64,000 nucleotides of DNA from Sphingomonadales bacterium (lineage in GTDB: Bacteria > Pseudomonadota > Alphaproteobacteria > Sphingomonadales > Sphingomonadaceae), in the NCBI GenBank assembly GCA_004173185.1, contig SEFZ01000021.1:10892-74891 (forward strand). Reading direction: 5' to 3'. The notes below the pieces were generated by a model. That model saw only the letters and a program-made list of their open reading frames with translations. It had not been told where the DNA came from and did no database searches. This document shows positions 41,092 to 49,726 of this stretch, piece by piece. Position 1 is the stretch's first letter. Every line of letters begins with the position of its first letter. A program made the position numbers and the translations under genes.

Positions 41092-42495
41092 TCAGGCCGG
41101 CAGGAGCCCGAGGCGGGCGCGGCTGTGCCAGCGCCAGAGCAACAGGATCGAGACCACGAGCAGGCCGACCGCGAGGCCGGTCCAGATGCCGACGCCTTCC
41201 CAGCCAAAGCCGAAGCCGAGCAGAACCGCAGTGCCGAAGCCGGCGACCCAATAACCGAGCCCGGCGATGATCATCGGCACGCGGGTATCCTGCAATCCGC
41301 GCAGGACTCCCGCGCCGACTGCCTGCGCGCCATCGACGAGCTGGAATATCGCAGCGAGCGCGAGATATTGCGTCGCCAGCATCACCACGCGCGCATTTTC
41401 GGCTGCGTTGACGTCGATATAGGCCGAGATCAGCAGCTTCGGCATTAGCCAGATCAGGCTGGCGGTAAATGCCATCACGCCGATGCCGAGCAGGATTGCG
41501 GCCTTGCCGGCATGCGCGATCCAGAGGCGATCGGCCGCGCCATAGGCCATGCCGACGCGGATGGTGGCGGCCTGTGCGATGCCGAACGGAATCTGGAAGG
41601 TGACCGCGGCGATATTGAGCGCGACGGCGTGCGCGGCGACTTCGGTCACGCCGATCAGCCCCATCAGGATCGCGGCGCCGCCGAACAACGCACCTTCGAA
41701 AAACCAGGTGAACATGATCGGCGTACCGATCCGGACGATTTCGCGGAAGCGGCTCCATTCGGTGCGCCACCAGCGGCCGAACAAGCGGAAGCGGCGCAGG
41801 CGCTTGTCGATCACGAGGATCGCCGCATAGGCGAACATCATCGCAGTCATGGTCACTACGGTGGCAAGCGCCGAGCCTTCGAGGCCCATGGCCGGAAAGC
41901 CGCCATGACCGAAGACGAACAGCCAATTGGTCAGGATCGCAACGCCGAGCGCGACTGCGGTGACGACGAACGCCCAAAAGGCGCGGCCAAGTGCTGCGGC
42001 AGTGGTGCGCATCACGCCCGCCGCGACGCCGGGGATCAGCGCGAACAGAATGATGTCGAGGAAATCGCCTGCGCGCTTTGCTACCACCGGGTCTTGCCCG
42101 GCCAGCAGCAACAGCGTCTCGCCATGCGCGAGGATTAGGATCGCCGGCACCGATCCGACCACCGCTACCCACAGCGCCATGCGGAAGCTGCGGCGCACTT
42201 CGCGCACGGCATGCGAACGGCGGCCGAGTTCGGCGGCGATGATCGGAGCGGCGGCGCTGGTGAGGCCGATCAGCGAATACATCAATATGTTGAACAGGAA
42301 GACGCCGAGCGTGGCGGCGGCCAGTTCGACCGTGCCGAGCCGCGCGACGAAGATCACATCGACCGCAGACACCGCCATCTGGAGCAGGTTCGCGCCCACC
42401 AACGGCCCGGCGAGCCACGCCAGCGCGCGCATCTCATCGCCGAACGTCGCGGGCGCGGGGCCGGCGGCAAGTGTGGAGGGGATCGGAGCGGACAT
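41092..42495 (-). CDS. MATE family efflux transporter (NorM-like)
   Basis: About 12 TMs, VDVIFVARLG, FPAMGLEGSALAT, FQLVDGAQ, GVLRGLQDT. Confidence 0.92.
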   Translation of the reverse strand: MSAPIPSTLAAGPAPATFGDEMRALAWLAGPLVGANLLQMAVSAVDVIFVARLGTVELAAATLGVFLFNILMYSLIGLTSAAAPIIAAELGRRSHAVREVRRSFRMALWVAVVGSVPAILILAHGETLLLLAGQDPVVAKRAGDFLDIILFALIPGVAAGVMRTTAAALGRAFWAFVVTAVALGVAILTNWLFVFGHGGFPAMGLEGSALATVVTMTAMMFAYAAILVIDKRLRRFRLFGRWWRTEWSRFREIVRIGTPIMFTWFFEGALFGGAAILMGLIGVTEVAAHAVALNIAAVTFQIPFGIAQAATIRVGMAYGAADRLWIAHAGKAAILLGIGVMAFTASLIWLMPKLLISAYIDVNAAENARVVMLATQYLALAAIFQLVDGAQAVGAGVLRGLQDTRVPMIIAGLGYWVAGFGTAVLLGFGFGWEGVGIWTGLAVGLLVVSILLLWRWHSRARLGLLPA

Positions 42496-42622
42496 GGCTC
42501 GCGCGGGTTAGAGACTTCGGCCCGTAAAGGGAAATACAGCATCTTTGGGCGTTATTGCTGAAAGACGATCCTGCCCGCTATGGTGCGGGCCTGCCGATAC
42601 AGCCGGCGCTGAGGAGATTTTT

Positions 42623-44518
42623 GTGAAGCTCGTTAAAGGCGCCTGGAAAATCCTGGTCGGGATCAAGGACTTTCTTGTCCTGGTCTTCATGCTGTTGTTC
42701 TTCACCGGCCTGTTTGCCGCGCTTTCGCACAAGCCGAATGTCGCGAGCATCCGCGAGGGGGCGCTCGTCGTCGCATTCGATGGCGCGCTGAGCGAGCAGC
42801 CCAGCGAAGCCGATCCCTTTGCCGAGATAAGCGGCAGCGCCGCCACCAAGGAGTTGCGTCTGCGCGACGTGCTGCGCGCGCTCGATGCCGCGCGGACCGA
42901 CGACCGGGTGAAGGCCGTGGTGCTCGATATGGACCGCTTCATGGGCGGCTATCCCGCCGCAGTGAGCGAAGTGGCCGAAGCGGTGGGCAAGGTGCGTGCG
43001 GCGAACAAGCCGGTGCTGGCATATGCCACCGGCTATAGCGACGATGCCTATGCGATTGCAGCGAATGCCAGCGAGATCTGGGTGCATCCGATGGGCGGCA
43101 CGCTGTTTGCCGGGCCGGGCGGGACGAGCCTCTATTATAAGGGGCTGCTCGATAAGCTCGGCGTCAACGCGCATGTCTATAAGGTCGGCAAGTTCAAGTC
43201 GGCCGTCGAGCCCTATCTGCTGACCGGCATGTCACCCGAGGCGCGCGAGGCGAGCGAGGCGCTGTACGGGTCGATCTTCGGCCAGTGGCAACAGGCAATC
43301 GTCAAGGCGCGGCCCAAGGCCAAGCTCGCCGACTTCCTCGCCAAACCCGATGCGGCAGTGGCGGCCGCGAACGGCAATATCCCGCAGGCGAATATCGCGG
43401 CGGGGCTGGTCGACAAATTGGGTGACCGGCTGGCATTCGGCAAGCGCGTTGCCGAGGTCGTCGGTGCGCCTTCGGGCAAGCCGGCCGGGAATTTCAACGT
43501 GATCCGGTTTGCCGATTTCGTGGCGGCCAATCCGGCGCCGACCGGCGGCGATGCGATCGGCGTGATTACTGTCGCGGGCGAGATCGTCGATGGCAAGGCC
43601 GGGCCGGGCACGGCGGGGGGTGACACGATATCGTCGCTGCTGCTGAACGGTCTGGCGACCAAGAATCTGAAGGCTTTGGTGGTGCGTGTCGATTCGCCGG
43701 GCGGTTCGGCGATGGCATCGGAGAAGATCCGACAGGCGGTGCTTCAGGCCAAGGCGCAGGGATTGCCGGTGGTGATCTCGATGGGGAGCCTGGCCGCGAG
43801 CGGCGGATATTGGGTGGCGACTGCGGGCGACACGATCTTTGCCGAGCCCGATACGATCACCGGCTCGATTGGCATTTTCGGCGTGCTGCCGACCTTTGAA
43901 AACAGTCTCGCCAAGATCGGCGTGACCAGCGACGGCGTCCAGACCACGCCGCTTTCGGGGCAGCCCAATTTGATGGGCGGGACCAATGCAGTGACCGACC
44001 GCATCCTGCAATCGACGATCGAGCAGGGCTATGCCCGCTTCGTTTCGCTGGTCGCGGACGCGCGCAAGATGACGCCGGCGCGAGTTGACGAGATCGGGCA
44101 GGGCCGGGTGTGGATCGGCGGGGTGGCGCATCAGCTCGGGCTGGTCGATCGCTTTGGCGGGCTGGACGATGCGGTGGCCGAGGCAGCGCGGCGCGCGAAG
44201 CTCGATCCGGCCAAGGTGCATGCGGTGTATCTCGAGAAAGCGGGTTCGGGCTGGGTGAAGTTCTTCAGTGACCTGACCGCCGATGACGGCAAGAAGGGCG
44301 ATGACTGGGCCGATTCGCCCGGCGGCCCGGACGCGTTCGCACGGATCGCCGACGAGCAGCGCATGCTGGTCGCGCAGGCGCTGGGCGATGCGCGGCGGCT
44401 GGCCAAGGGTGGTTCGGTGCAGGCGCGGTGCCTGGAATGCGCGGGGCTGGGTCCGGTTTCAGTGAAAGCCGAGGATCGCAGCCTGTTTGAAATCCTGCTG
44501 GCGCGTTTCGTCGGATGA
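42623..44518 (+). CDS. sppA: Signal peptide peptidase SppA (67K type)
   Basis: GAGGAG RBS then GTG; GKFKSAVEP, RVDSPGGS, AASGGY, TGSIG, QGRVW. Confidence 0.94.
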   Translation: MKLVKGAWKILVGIKDFLVLVFMLLFFTGLFAALSHKPNVASIREGALVVAFDGALSEQPSEADPFAEISGSAATKELRLRDVLRALDAARTDDRVKAVVLDMDRFMGGYPAAVSEVAEAVGKVRAANKPVLAYATGYSDDAYAIAANASEIWVHPMGGTLFAGPGGTSLYYKGLLDKLGVNAHVYKVGKFKSAVEPYLLTGMSPEAREASEALYGSIFGQWQQAIVKARPKAKLADFLAKPDAAVAAANGNIPQANIAAGLVDKLGDRLAFGKRVAEVVGAPSGKPAGNFNVIRFADFVAANPAPTGGDAIGVITVAGEIVDGKAGPGTAGGDTISSLLLNGLATKNLKALVVRVDSPGGSAMASEKIRQAVLQAKAQGLPVVISMGSLAASGGYWVATAGDTIFAEPDTITGSIGIFGVLPTFENSLAKIGVTSDGVQTTPLSGQPNLMGGTNAVTDRILQSTIEQGYARFVSLVADARKMTPARVDEIGQGRVWIGGVAHQLGLVDRFGGLDDAVAEAARRAKLDPAKVHAVYLEKAGSGWVKFFSDLTADDGKKGDDWADSPGGPDAFARIADEQRMLVAQALGDARRLAKGGSVQARCLECAGLGPVSVKAEDRSLFEILLARFVG

Positions 44519-45075
44519 TCGCGATACGGGCTGCGACGCCGGACGACGCGAGCGCGATTGCGGCGATTTATGCGCCGCACGTGCTGACCGGCACCGTTTC
44601 GTTCGAAATCGATCCGCCAGACGCCCGCGCGATGCGGAGCCGGATGGCGGCGAGCGAGGGGCTGTATCCTTGGATCGTCGCGACCAATGGCGACGAGACC
44701 GGCGGCGTGATCGGCTATGCCTATGCCACCAAGTTTCGCGATCGGCCGGCGTATAAATATGTTTGCGAGACGTCGATCTATCTGACCGACGCATCGAGCG
44801 GTTCGGGCGTGGGACGGCTGCTGTACAAGGCGCTGGTCGATACGGCGCGGGCGCAGGGATTTGTCCACGCGTTTGGCGCGATCGCATTGCCCAATGATCG
44901 CTCGATCCGGTTGCACGAAGCGGTGGGGTTTCGGCGCGCGGGCGTCTATCGCGAGGTGGGGTTTAAGCACGGCCAGTGGATCGATGTCGGCTTTTGGCAA
45001 TGCCAGCTGAACGAGCCGAGCACGCCCCCGGTCGAGCCGAAAAAATTCAGCGATGTCGGGGTGGTACGCGGGTAA
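44515..45075 (+). CDS. GNAT N-acetyltransferase (phosphinothricin/methionine sulfoximine acetyltransferase-like)
   Basis: IAAIY, SFE, RPAY, ETSIY, GSGVG, SIRLHEAVGF, GFKHGQWID. Confidence 0.88.
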   Translation: MIAIRAATPDDASAIAAIYAPHVLTGTVSFEIDPPDARAMRSRMAASEGLYPWIVATNGDETGGVIGYAYATKFRDRPAYKYVCETSIYLTDASSGSGVGRLLYKALVDTARAQGFVHAFGAIALPNDRSIRLHEAVGFRRAGVYREVGFKHGQWIDVGFWQCQLNEPSTPPVEPKKFSDVGVVRG

Positions 45076-45120
45076 CTTGCTGAAAACGATTTGGCAGGGA
45101 TATCGCGCTAGGCCGCCGCG

Positions 45121-45501
45121 ATGGAAGTGCCTTCACATAGTATCAGTATCGATCTGGCCCGCAATCTGGTTGACGTCAGGTTGGTGGGTCTGGTCACCCC
45201 GGAGCATGCCGTGTGGATCGGCGAGGAAGTGCGCGAAGCGGTGCGCTCGCTGGGGGATGGTGTTGGCGAGCATCTCACGCTCTATGACGCCAGCGCCGTG
45301 CTCGTGGTGCCGACCGCGACGATCGCATTGATGCAGCAGGCCTGGGTCAATCCGGAAGTGCGCGCGCTCTGGGCGCGCAAAGTTGCCTATGTCGCCAGCA
45401 CCGCGCTGTGCAAGCTACAAGCCAATCGATTGCGTGAGGGCATGGCGCATATCGAGGTGTTCGATAACCGCGACGCCGCGCTGGAATGGCTGCTGGCTTA
45501 G
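45121..45501 (+). CDS. Hypothetical protein, SpoIIAA/STAS-SEC14-like
   Basis: 126 aa ending EVFDNRDAALEWL, typical of SpoIIAA-like small proteins. Confidence 0.65.
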   Translation: MEVPSHSISIDLARNLVDVRLVGLVTPEHAVWIGEEVREAVRSLGDGVGEHLTLYDASAVLVVPTATIALMQQAWVNPEVRALWARKVAYVASTALCKLQANRLREGMAHIEVFDNRDAALEWLLA

Positions 45502-46400
45502 TCGATGCGCGTGTAGCGCACGGTGTGATCGAAGCGCGGCGCAGCGGGGGCTGAATCCACCGCGTCATAGGCATTGCCGCCGATGCGCAGCCAGCGGGTG
45601 GCGACTCGGACTTTCTTGTCTCCAGTGCCATATTCGGTGCTGCCGAAATCGAGGCCGGCATCGATCGGGCGGACGCTGCCTTCGCCAATCTTCTTGCCGC
45701 CGCTCGAATAGGTGAAGCGGATCGATGCGGTCGCCGCATCCCATGCATAAAGCGTCTCGCCGCCGTACACGCCCTTCCCCGCGCGGATCACTTCGTGGCG
45801 GTCGGTTATGCCGTCCGGTCCTTTGGTGAAGCAGTGCTTGTTGGCTTCGCCGGTGGGGAGCGTGCCTTGCCAGCAATGGCCGGCGAGGAACGCCAGCGGC
45901 TCCAGCGCAAAGCGGATGACGAGCTTGTCGAGCGTGGCGCGGTTGCCCTTGCCGAAAAAGCCGAGCAGCGCATCGCCCTCGGCTCCGGCGGGGTAGCCGG
46001 TGCTGCTCAGCCGGACGCGAGTACCGCCGGGCTGGGCTTCGAGCTCGAGGAAATGGGTGACGCGCATGAACGCTTCGGCATGCGGGAAACCGGCGGGCGT
46101 CTTGACCGTGCGGAAGACCAGCATGCGGCGCGGCAGGCGGGCGACGAAGCGCTGCTGGATGTTGGTTGCAGCACCCGGTCTGGCGGCGGGATCATAAGCG
46201 GTTTCCATCAGATCGGGGTCTGATGGTGCGATCCACGCAGCGGGGACGGCCCAGGTCTTCCAGCCCTCCGCCGTGGTTACTGCGTCCCATAATCGCTCGG
46301 GCGGGGCGGGGACGAAGGCTTCGGCGATCAGGGTGCGCGAACCATCGGGCTCGGTCACCGGGTCTTGCGCTGCTAGCGCGAGGCTGAGAGCGCTCAACAT
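45498..46400 (-). CDS. Exported SRPBCC/AHSA1 domain protein fused to a second beta-barrel-like domain
   Basis: Short signal peptide; APPERLWDAVTTAEGWKTW; second domain begins LEPLAFLAGHCWQG. Confidence 0.75.
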   Translation of the reverse strand: MLSALSLALAAQDPVTEPDGSRTLIAEAFVPAPPERLWDAVTTAEGWKTWAVPAAWIAPSDPDLMETAYDPAARPGAATNIQQRFVARLPRRMLVFRTVKTPAGFPHAEAFMRVTHFLELEAQPGGTRVRLSSTGYPAGAEGDALLGFFGKGNRATLDKLVIRFALEPLAFLAGHCWQGTLPTGEANKHCFTKGPDGITDRHEVIRAGKGVYGGETLYAWDAATASIRFTYSSGGKKIGEGSVRPIDAGLDFGSTEYGTGDKKVRVATRWLRIGGNAYDAVDSAPAAPRFDHTVRYTRID

Positions 46401-46406
46401 GGTTTG

Positions 46407-46436
46407 AGGTTAGTTGAACGTTCAATCAAGTGTCAA
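46407..46436 (-). promoter_or_regulatory. Sigma70 promoter with internal palindromic operator
   Basis: TTGACA-N18-TAACCT; perfect palindrome TTGAACGTTCAA (46414-46425) in the spacer; ATG 6 nt after the -10. Confidence 0.6.
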
Positions 46437-47068
46437 CGTCGCCAGCGATAATGCGGCATCGAAATCTTCCAGTGGATTGCGGCACCGCGCAGCGCAAAGC
46501 CCGCGACTGCAGCGATAAGTCCGGCGGCGAAGGGCGGCAGGCCGGCGAGCGACAGCCCGACCTGAAGCGCGGCAGTGACTGCAGCGGCGGTAACGTAAAG
46601 CTCTGGCTGGAGCAGGATCGAGGGTTCGCCCGCGAACACGTCGCGGATCATGCCACCTGCGCAGGCGGTCAGCACGCCCATCACTACCGCAGGCACCGGC
46701 GGAATGCCGTAGCTCAGCGCCTTGGCCGCGCCGAATGCGGCATAAGCGGCGAGGCCGGCGGCATCGAGCCAGTCGAACATATTGCTCGTCCACCAGCGCT
46801 GGGGGGTGAACCAGATCACCACCGCCATCGACAGGCACAGGGCCGCGACGCTGGGCGCGTGGACCCAGAATACCGGCGCGCCGATCAGCAGATCGCGGAT
46901 CGTGCCGCCGCCCACCCCGGTGACGAGCGCGAAGAAGGCGAGGGTGATGAAGGTCAGTTCGCGCCGTGCGGCAGCGAGCGCACCGGTCGCGGCGAACAGC
47001 CCGATGCCAAACAAATCGAGCCAGGGCAGTATCGGGCCAAGGCGTTCGGCGGCGGCGATGGGATCCAT
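46433..47068 (-). CDS. TRIC (YadS/UPF0126) family membrane protein
   Basis: Repeated motifs GVGGGTIRDLL and ACAGGMIRDVF, LDAAGL, ELY. Confidence 0.9.
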   Translation of the reverse strand: MDPIAAAERLGPILPWLDLFGIGLFAATGALAAARRELTFITLAFFALVTGVGGGTIRDLLIGAPVFWVHAPSVAALCLSMAVVIWFTPQRWWTSNMFDWLDAAGLAAYAAFGAAKALSYGIPPVPAVVMGVLTACAGGMIRDVFAGEPSILLQPELYVTAAAVTAALQVGLSLAGLPPFAAGLIAAVAGFALRGAAIHWKISMPHYRWRR

Positions 47069-47121
47069 GCGCCATGCTATTCCCTGTTTGGCGCGGGCGC
47101 GTCAAACGCTAGAGAGGAAGC

Positions 47122-47781
47122 ATGGACCGCATGCCCCAGCCGCTGATCGTCATCGCCATGTGCCTCGCCGCGCTTGCCGGTTTTGTCGATGCACTCGCCT
47201 TCACCAGCCTGGGCGGGTTCTTCGCCAGCTTCATGAGCGGGAATAGCACCCGGCTCGGCGTAGGGCTGGGCGGCGGCGGGATGGGCGAGGCGATGACGGC
47301 GCTCGCCTTGGTGATGAGCTTTGTCGGCGGGGTGATCGTCGCGAGCGTGATCGCGCGGGCCTATGGAGACAATGCGCGCACATCGACGATGGTGGTGGTG
47401 ACTGCATTGTTGACCGCGGCAGCGGTGGTCGCAACGCTCCTGCCCGGGCCGCTGGTGCTGATCTTCCTCGCCATGGCGATGGGCTGCGAAAATGGCGTGT
47501 TCAACCCCGGCACTGGGCGCGACGGCGAGGCGGGCTTCGGCGTGACCTATCTTAGCGGCAATCTGGTGCGGATGGCGCAGAAGGCCGCGAACGCGCTGAT
47601 GGGCGACGAGGATCGCTGGGGCTGGGTGCCGTATCTGGCGCTGTGGCTCGGCTTTATTGCGGGGGTCGTGATCGGCGCGGCGAGCCAGTTCCGCTGGGGC
47701 TGGGAAGCATTATGGGCAGCGCCCGTGGCGGCGGCGGCCGTGACGGTGGCGCTCCGACGGATCAGAGCGCCTGTCGCCTGA
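47122..47781 (+). CDS. YoaK/DUF1275 family membrane protein
   Basis: AGFVDA, FASFMSGN, AMGCEN, TYLSG. Confidence 0.88.
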   Translation: MDRMPQPLIVIAMCLAALAGFVDALAFTSLGGFFASFMSGNSTRLGVGLGGGGMGEAMTALALVMSFVGGVIVASVIARAYGDNARTSTMVVVTALLTAAAVVATLLPGPLVLIFLAMAMGCENGVFNPGTGRDGEAGFGVTYLSGNLVRMAQKAANALMGDEDRWGWVPYLALWLGFIAGVVIGAASQFRWGWEALWAAPVAAAAVTVALRRIRAPVA

Positions 47782-49125
47782 TTATTTGCGGGTCGCTTTC
47801 GTCTTGCGGCCGTTCTGCTGCATCTCCGCGCCAATGATCTTGCCCGCGGCATCACGGACGAAGACGATTTGCGCGTCGACGACCTTGAAGAAGAATTGGT
47901 CGGGCTTTTCGGGGAACAGGTCGAGTTCGGGCTGTTTGGTCGCCTGCGCGATCAGCTTGGTGCCGTCTGAGCGGATCGTGAAGCCGAAGGTCGGCGAGAC
48001 TTCATAGGTGCCTTCATATTGCTTGAGCATCGCGGCGGGGAGCGTGATCGCCTGCCGCTCCGAGCTCAGGATCACCGCGCCGCCGCGCGCGAGCGTCATC
48101 AGCGATTTGCCGAGCCGATCCGGCGCACCGCTATTGAGATTGGCGAGCACCACCACGGTGATCTTCGCATCGGGATCATAGCCGAGCCAGGTGTTGAACC
48201 CTTCGATCCCGCCGCCATGCGAGATGGTCGTCTTGGCCGCCTCCGTCGCCACGGTAATGCCGAGCGCGTAATCGCGCAGTGATGGCGTGAGGAATGCCTT
48301 GAGCGAGTCCGGCTTGAGCATCTTGCCGCCGAACAGCCCGGTCTGCCACTTCAGCAGATCGTGCGTGGTCGAATACAGCGCGCCTGCGCCCTGTGGGATC
48401 GACATGTCGATATAGTCGGCGTTGGACATCACGCCCTTTGCCTTGCCGCTATAGCCCGATGCGCGGCGTGCGATCACTTCGGCATGGCTGTCCTGACCGC
48501 TATCCGCCATGCCGAGCGGCTTGAAGATATTGTCGGTGACGAACGCGGCATAGGATACGCCGCTCGCCTTTTCGATGATCATGGTGAGCAGGATGTAGCC
48601 GGAATTGGAGTAGTTCCACTTGTCGCCCGGCTGGAAATCGAGCGGCTTGTCGCGGAAGCGCGCGGTCAGGCTGGCGGTGGTGGCGGGCAGGGTCTTCTGC
48701 TTGGCGTAATCGTCGAAGCCAGTGAAATTGGCGATGCCCGAGGTGTGATGGAGCAGATGACGGACGGTGATCTTGTCCCACGTCGCCGGGGCATCGGCGA
48801 TATAGGTCTTGATCGGCGCATCGAGGCTTACCTTGCCCTGCTCGGCCAGCAAGAGGATCGAGACCGCGGTGAATTGCTTGGTGATCGAGCCGAGGCGGAA
48901 TTTGGTGTCGCCGTCATTGGCGATCTTCCATTCGAGATTGGCCGAGCCATAGCCCTTGTCGAGCAGCGTCTTGCCGTCCTTCGCGACGAGCACTGCGCCC
49001 ATGAACTCGCCGCTATCGGCATCGACGCGGATCACGGTCTCCATCCGCGCGGGATCCTGCGCATAAGCGGGAGCGATGGTGGCGAGCGTGGTGCCGGCGA
49101 GGAGGGCGAGAGCAAGAATGCGCAT
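47782..49125 (-). CDS. Serine hydrolase (beta-lactamase/S12 family) with C-terminal DUF3471-like domain
   Basis: Signal peptide AYA|Q; SxxK (SITK), LLHHTSG, YxN (YSN), HGG; C-terminal YEGTY domain. Confidence 0.9.
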   Translation of the reverse strand: MRILALALLAGTTLATIAPAYAQDPARMETVIRVDADSGEFMGAVLVAKDGKTLLDKGYGSANLEWKIANDGDTKFRLGSITKQFTAVSILLLAEQGKVSLDAPIKTYIADAPATWDKITVRHLLHHTSGIANFTGFDDYAKQKTLPATTASLTARFRDKPLDFQPGDKWNYSNSGYILLTMIIEKASGVSYAAFVTDNIFKPLGMADSGQDSHAEVIARRASGYSGKAKGVMSNADYIDMSIPQGAGALYSTTHDLLKWQTGLFGGKMLKPDSLKAFLTPSLRDYALGITVATEAAKTTISHGGGIEGFNTWLGYDPDAKITVVVLANLNSGAPDRLGKSLMTLARGGAVILSSERQAITLPAAMLKQYEGTYEVSPTFGFTIRSDGTKLIAQATKQPELDLFPEKPDQFFFKVVDAQIVFVRDAAGKIIGAEMQQNGRKTKATRK

Positions 49126-49186
49126 GGAAGATCCCTTTGACGTGTGTTGCTGAGCTAACACGCTAAGGGGGTTGTGGCAAGATGGG

Positions 49187-49726
49187 CTACCATCCAAGCC
49201 GGTTGAGCATCTTCCTGGCTTCGGCGAGCTCCATTCGCCCGATCAGCACGCGCATCGTCGTGCCGCCCTGCATCTTTCCATCGCGGAAATAGCCCCAGTC
49301 GATGATCTGCGCGTCGCGGATGGTGACCTGATCGCCAAGCTTGAAGCGGCGATCGGCAGGGGTGTTGAGGATGCGGGCGATGGTCACGTCGCCGCGGTGC
49401 GAGATGACTTCGGCCCAGACGAACTCGGTCTTGTCCTCGGGCACCACGTCATATTTGACGATGAAGTTGCTCTCGCCCGGGCCGGGCGAGGTGGCGTGTC
49501 CGAAGAAAACGGGCAGGCTGCGCTTCGCCGCGACGATCGCGGCGTGCATTTCGGGGTCACTGGCTGCGACCGCGATGGTCGGGTCCTGCGCTAAGGCGGG
49601 GGGTGCGGATAGCAGCAAAGCGGCGTGGCAAAGCCACGCCGTCGGTCGGCGCCGTAGCGCCGCCGGCCGGCCGAGCCTAATGCGCTTGCGATTAGCTCCG
49701 CTAATCTCGTCGCCGGCTCGGCTCAC
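49187..49726 (-). CDS. DUF2314 (YegJ-like) exported protein with element-derived N-terminus
   Basis: DPEMHAAIVAAKRSLPVF, EFVW, ILNTP, IIDW, GGTT. GTG start overlaps the lpdA stop (GTGA); start inferred. Confidence 0.75.
   Translation of the reverse strand: MSRAGDEISGANRKRIRLGRPAALRRRPTAWLCHAALLLSAPPALAQDPTIAVAASDPEMHAAIVAAKRSLPVFFGHATSPGPGESNFIVKYDVVPEDKTEFVWAEVISHRGDVTIARILNTPADRRFKLGDQVTIRDAQIIDWGYFRDGKMQGGTTMRVLIGRMELAEARKMLNRLGW
49621..49722 (-). repeat. Three-hairpin structured element, copy B (after the lpdA stop, inside the DUF2314 ORF)
   Basis: Hairpins at 49670-49722, 49643-49669 (cUACGg loop) and 49621-49641; 102 nt with no in-frame stop. Confidence 0.7.

Noticed and set aside
49621-49722. 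Possible group II intron domain V/VI remnant (GAGCCG start)
   Set aside because: Lacks the domain V length, bulge and GNRA geometry, and no RT gene is present; kept as an unclassified structured repeat.
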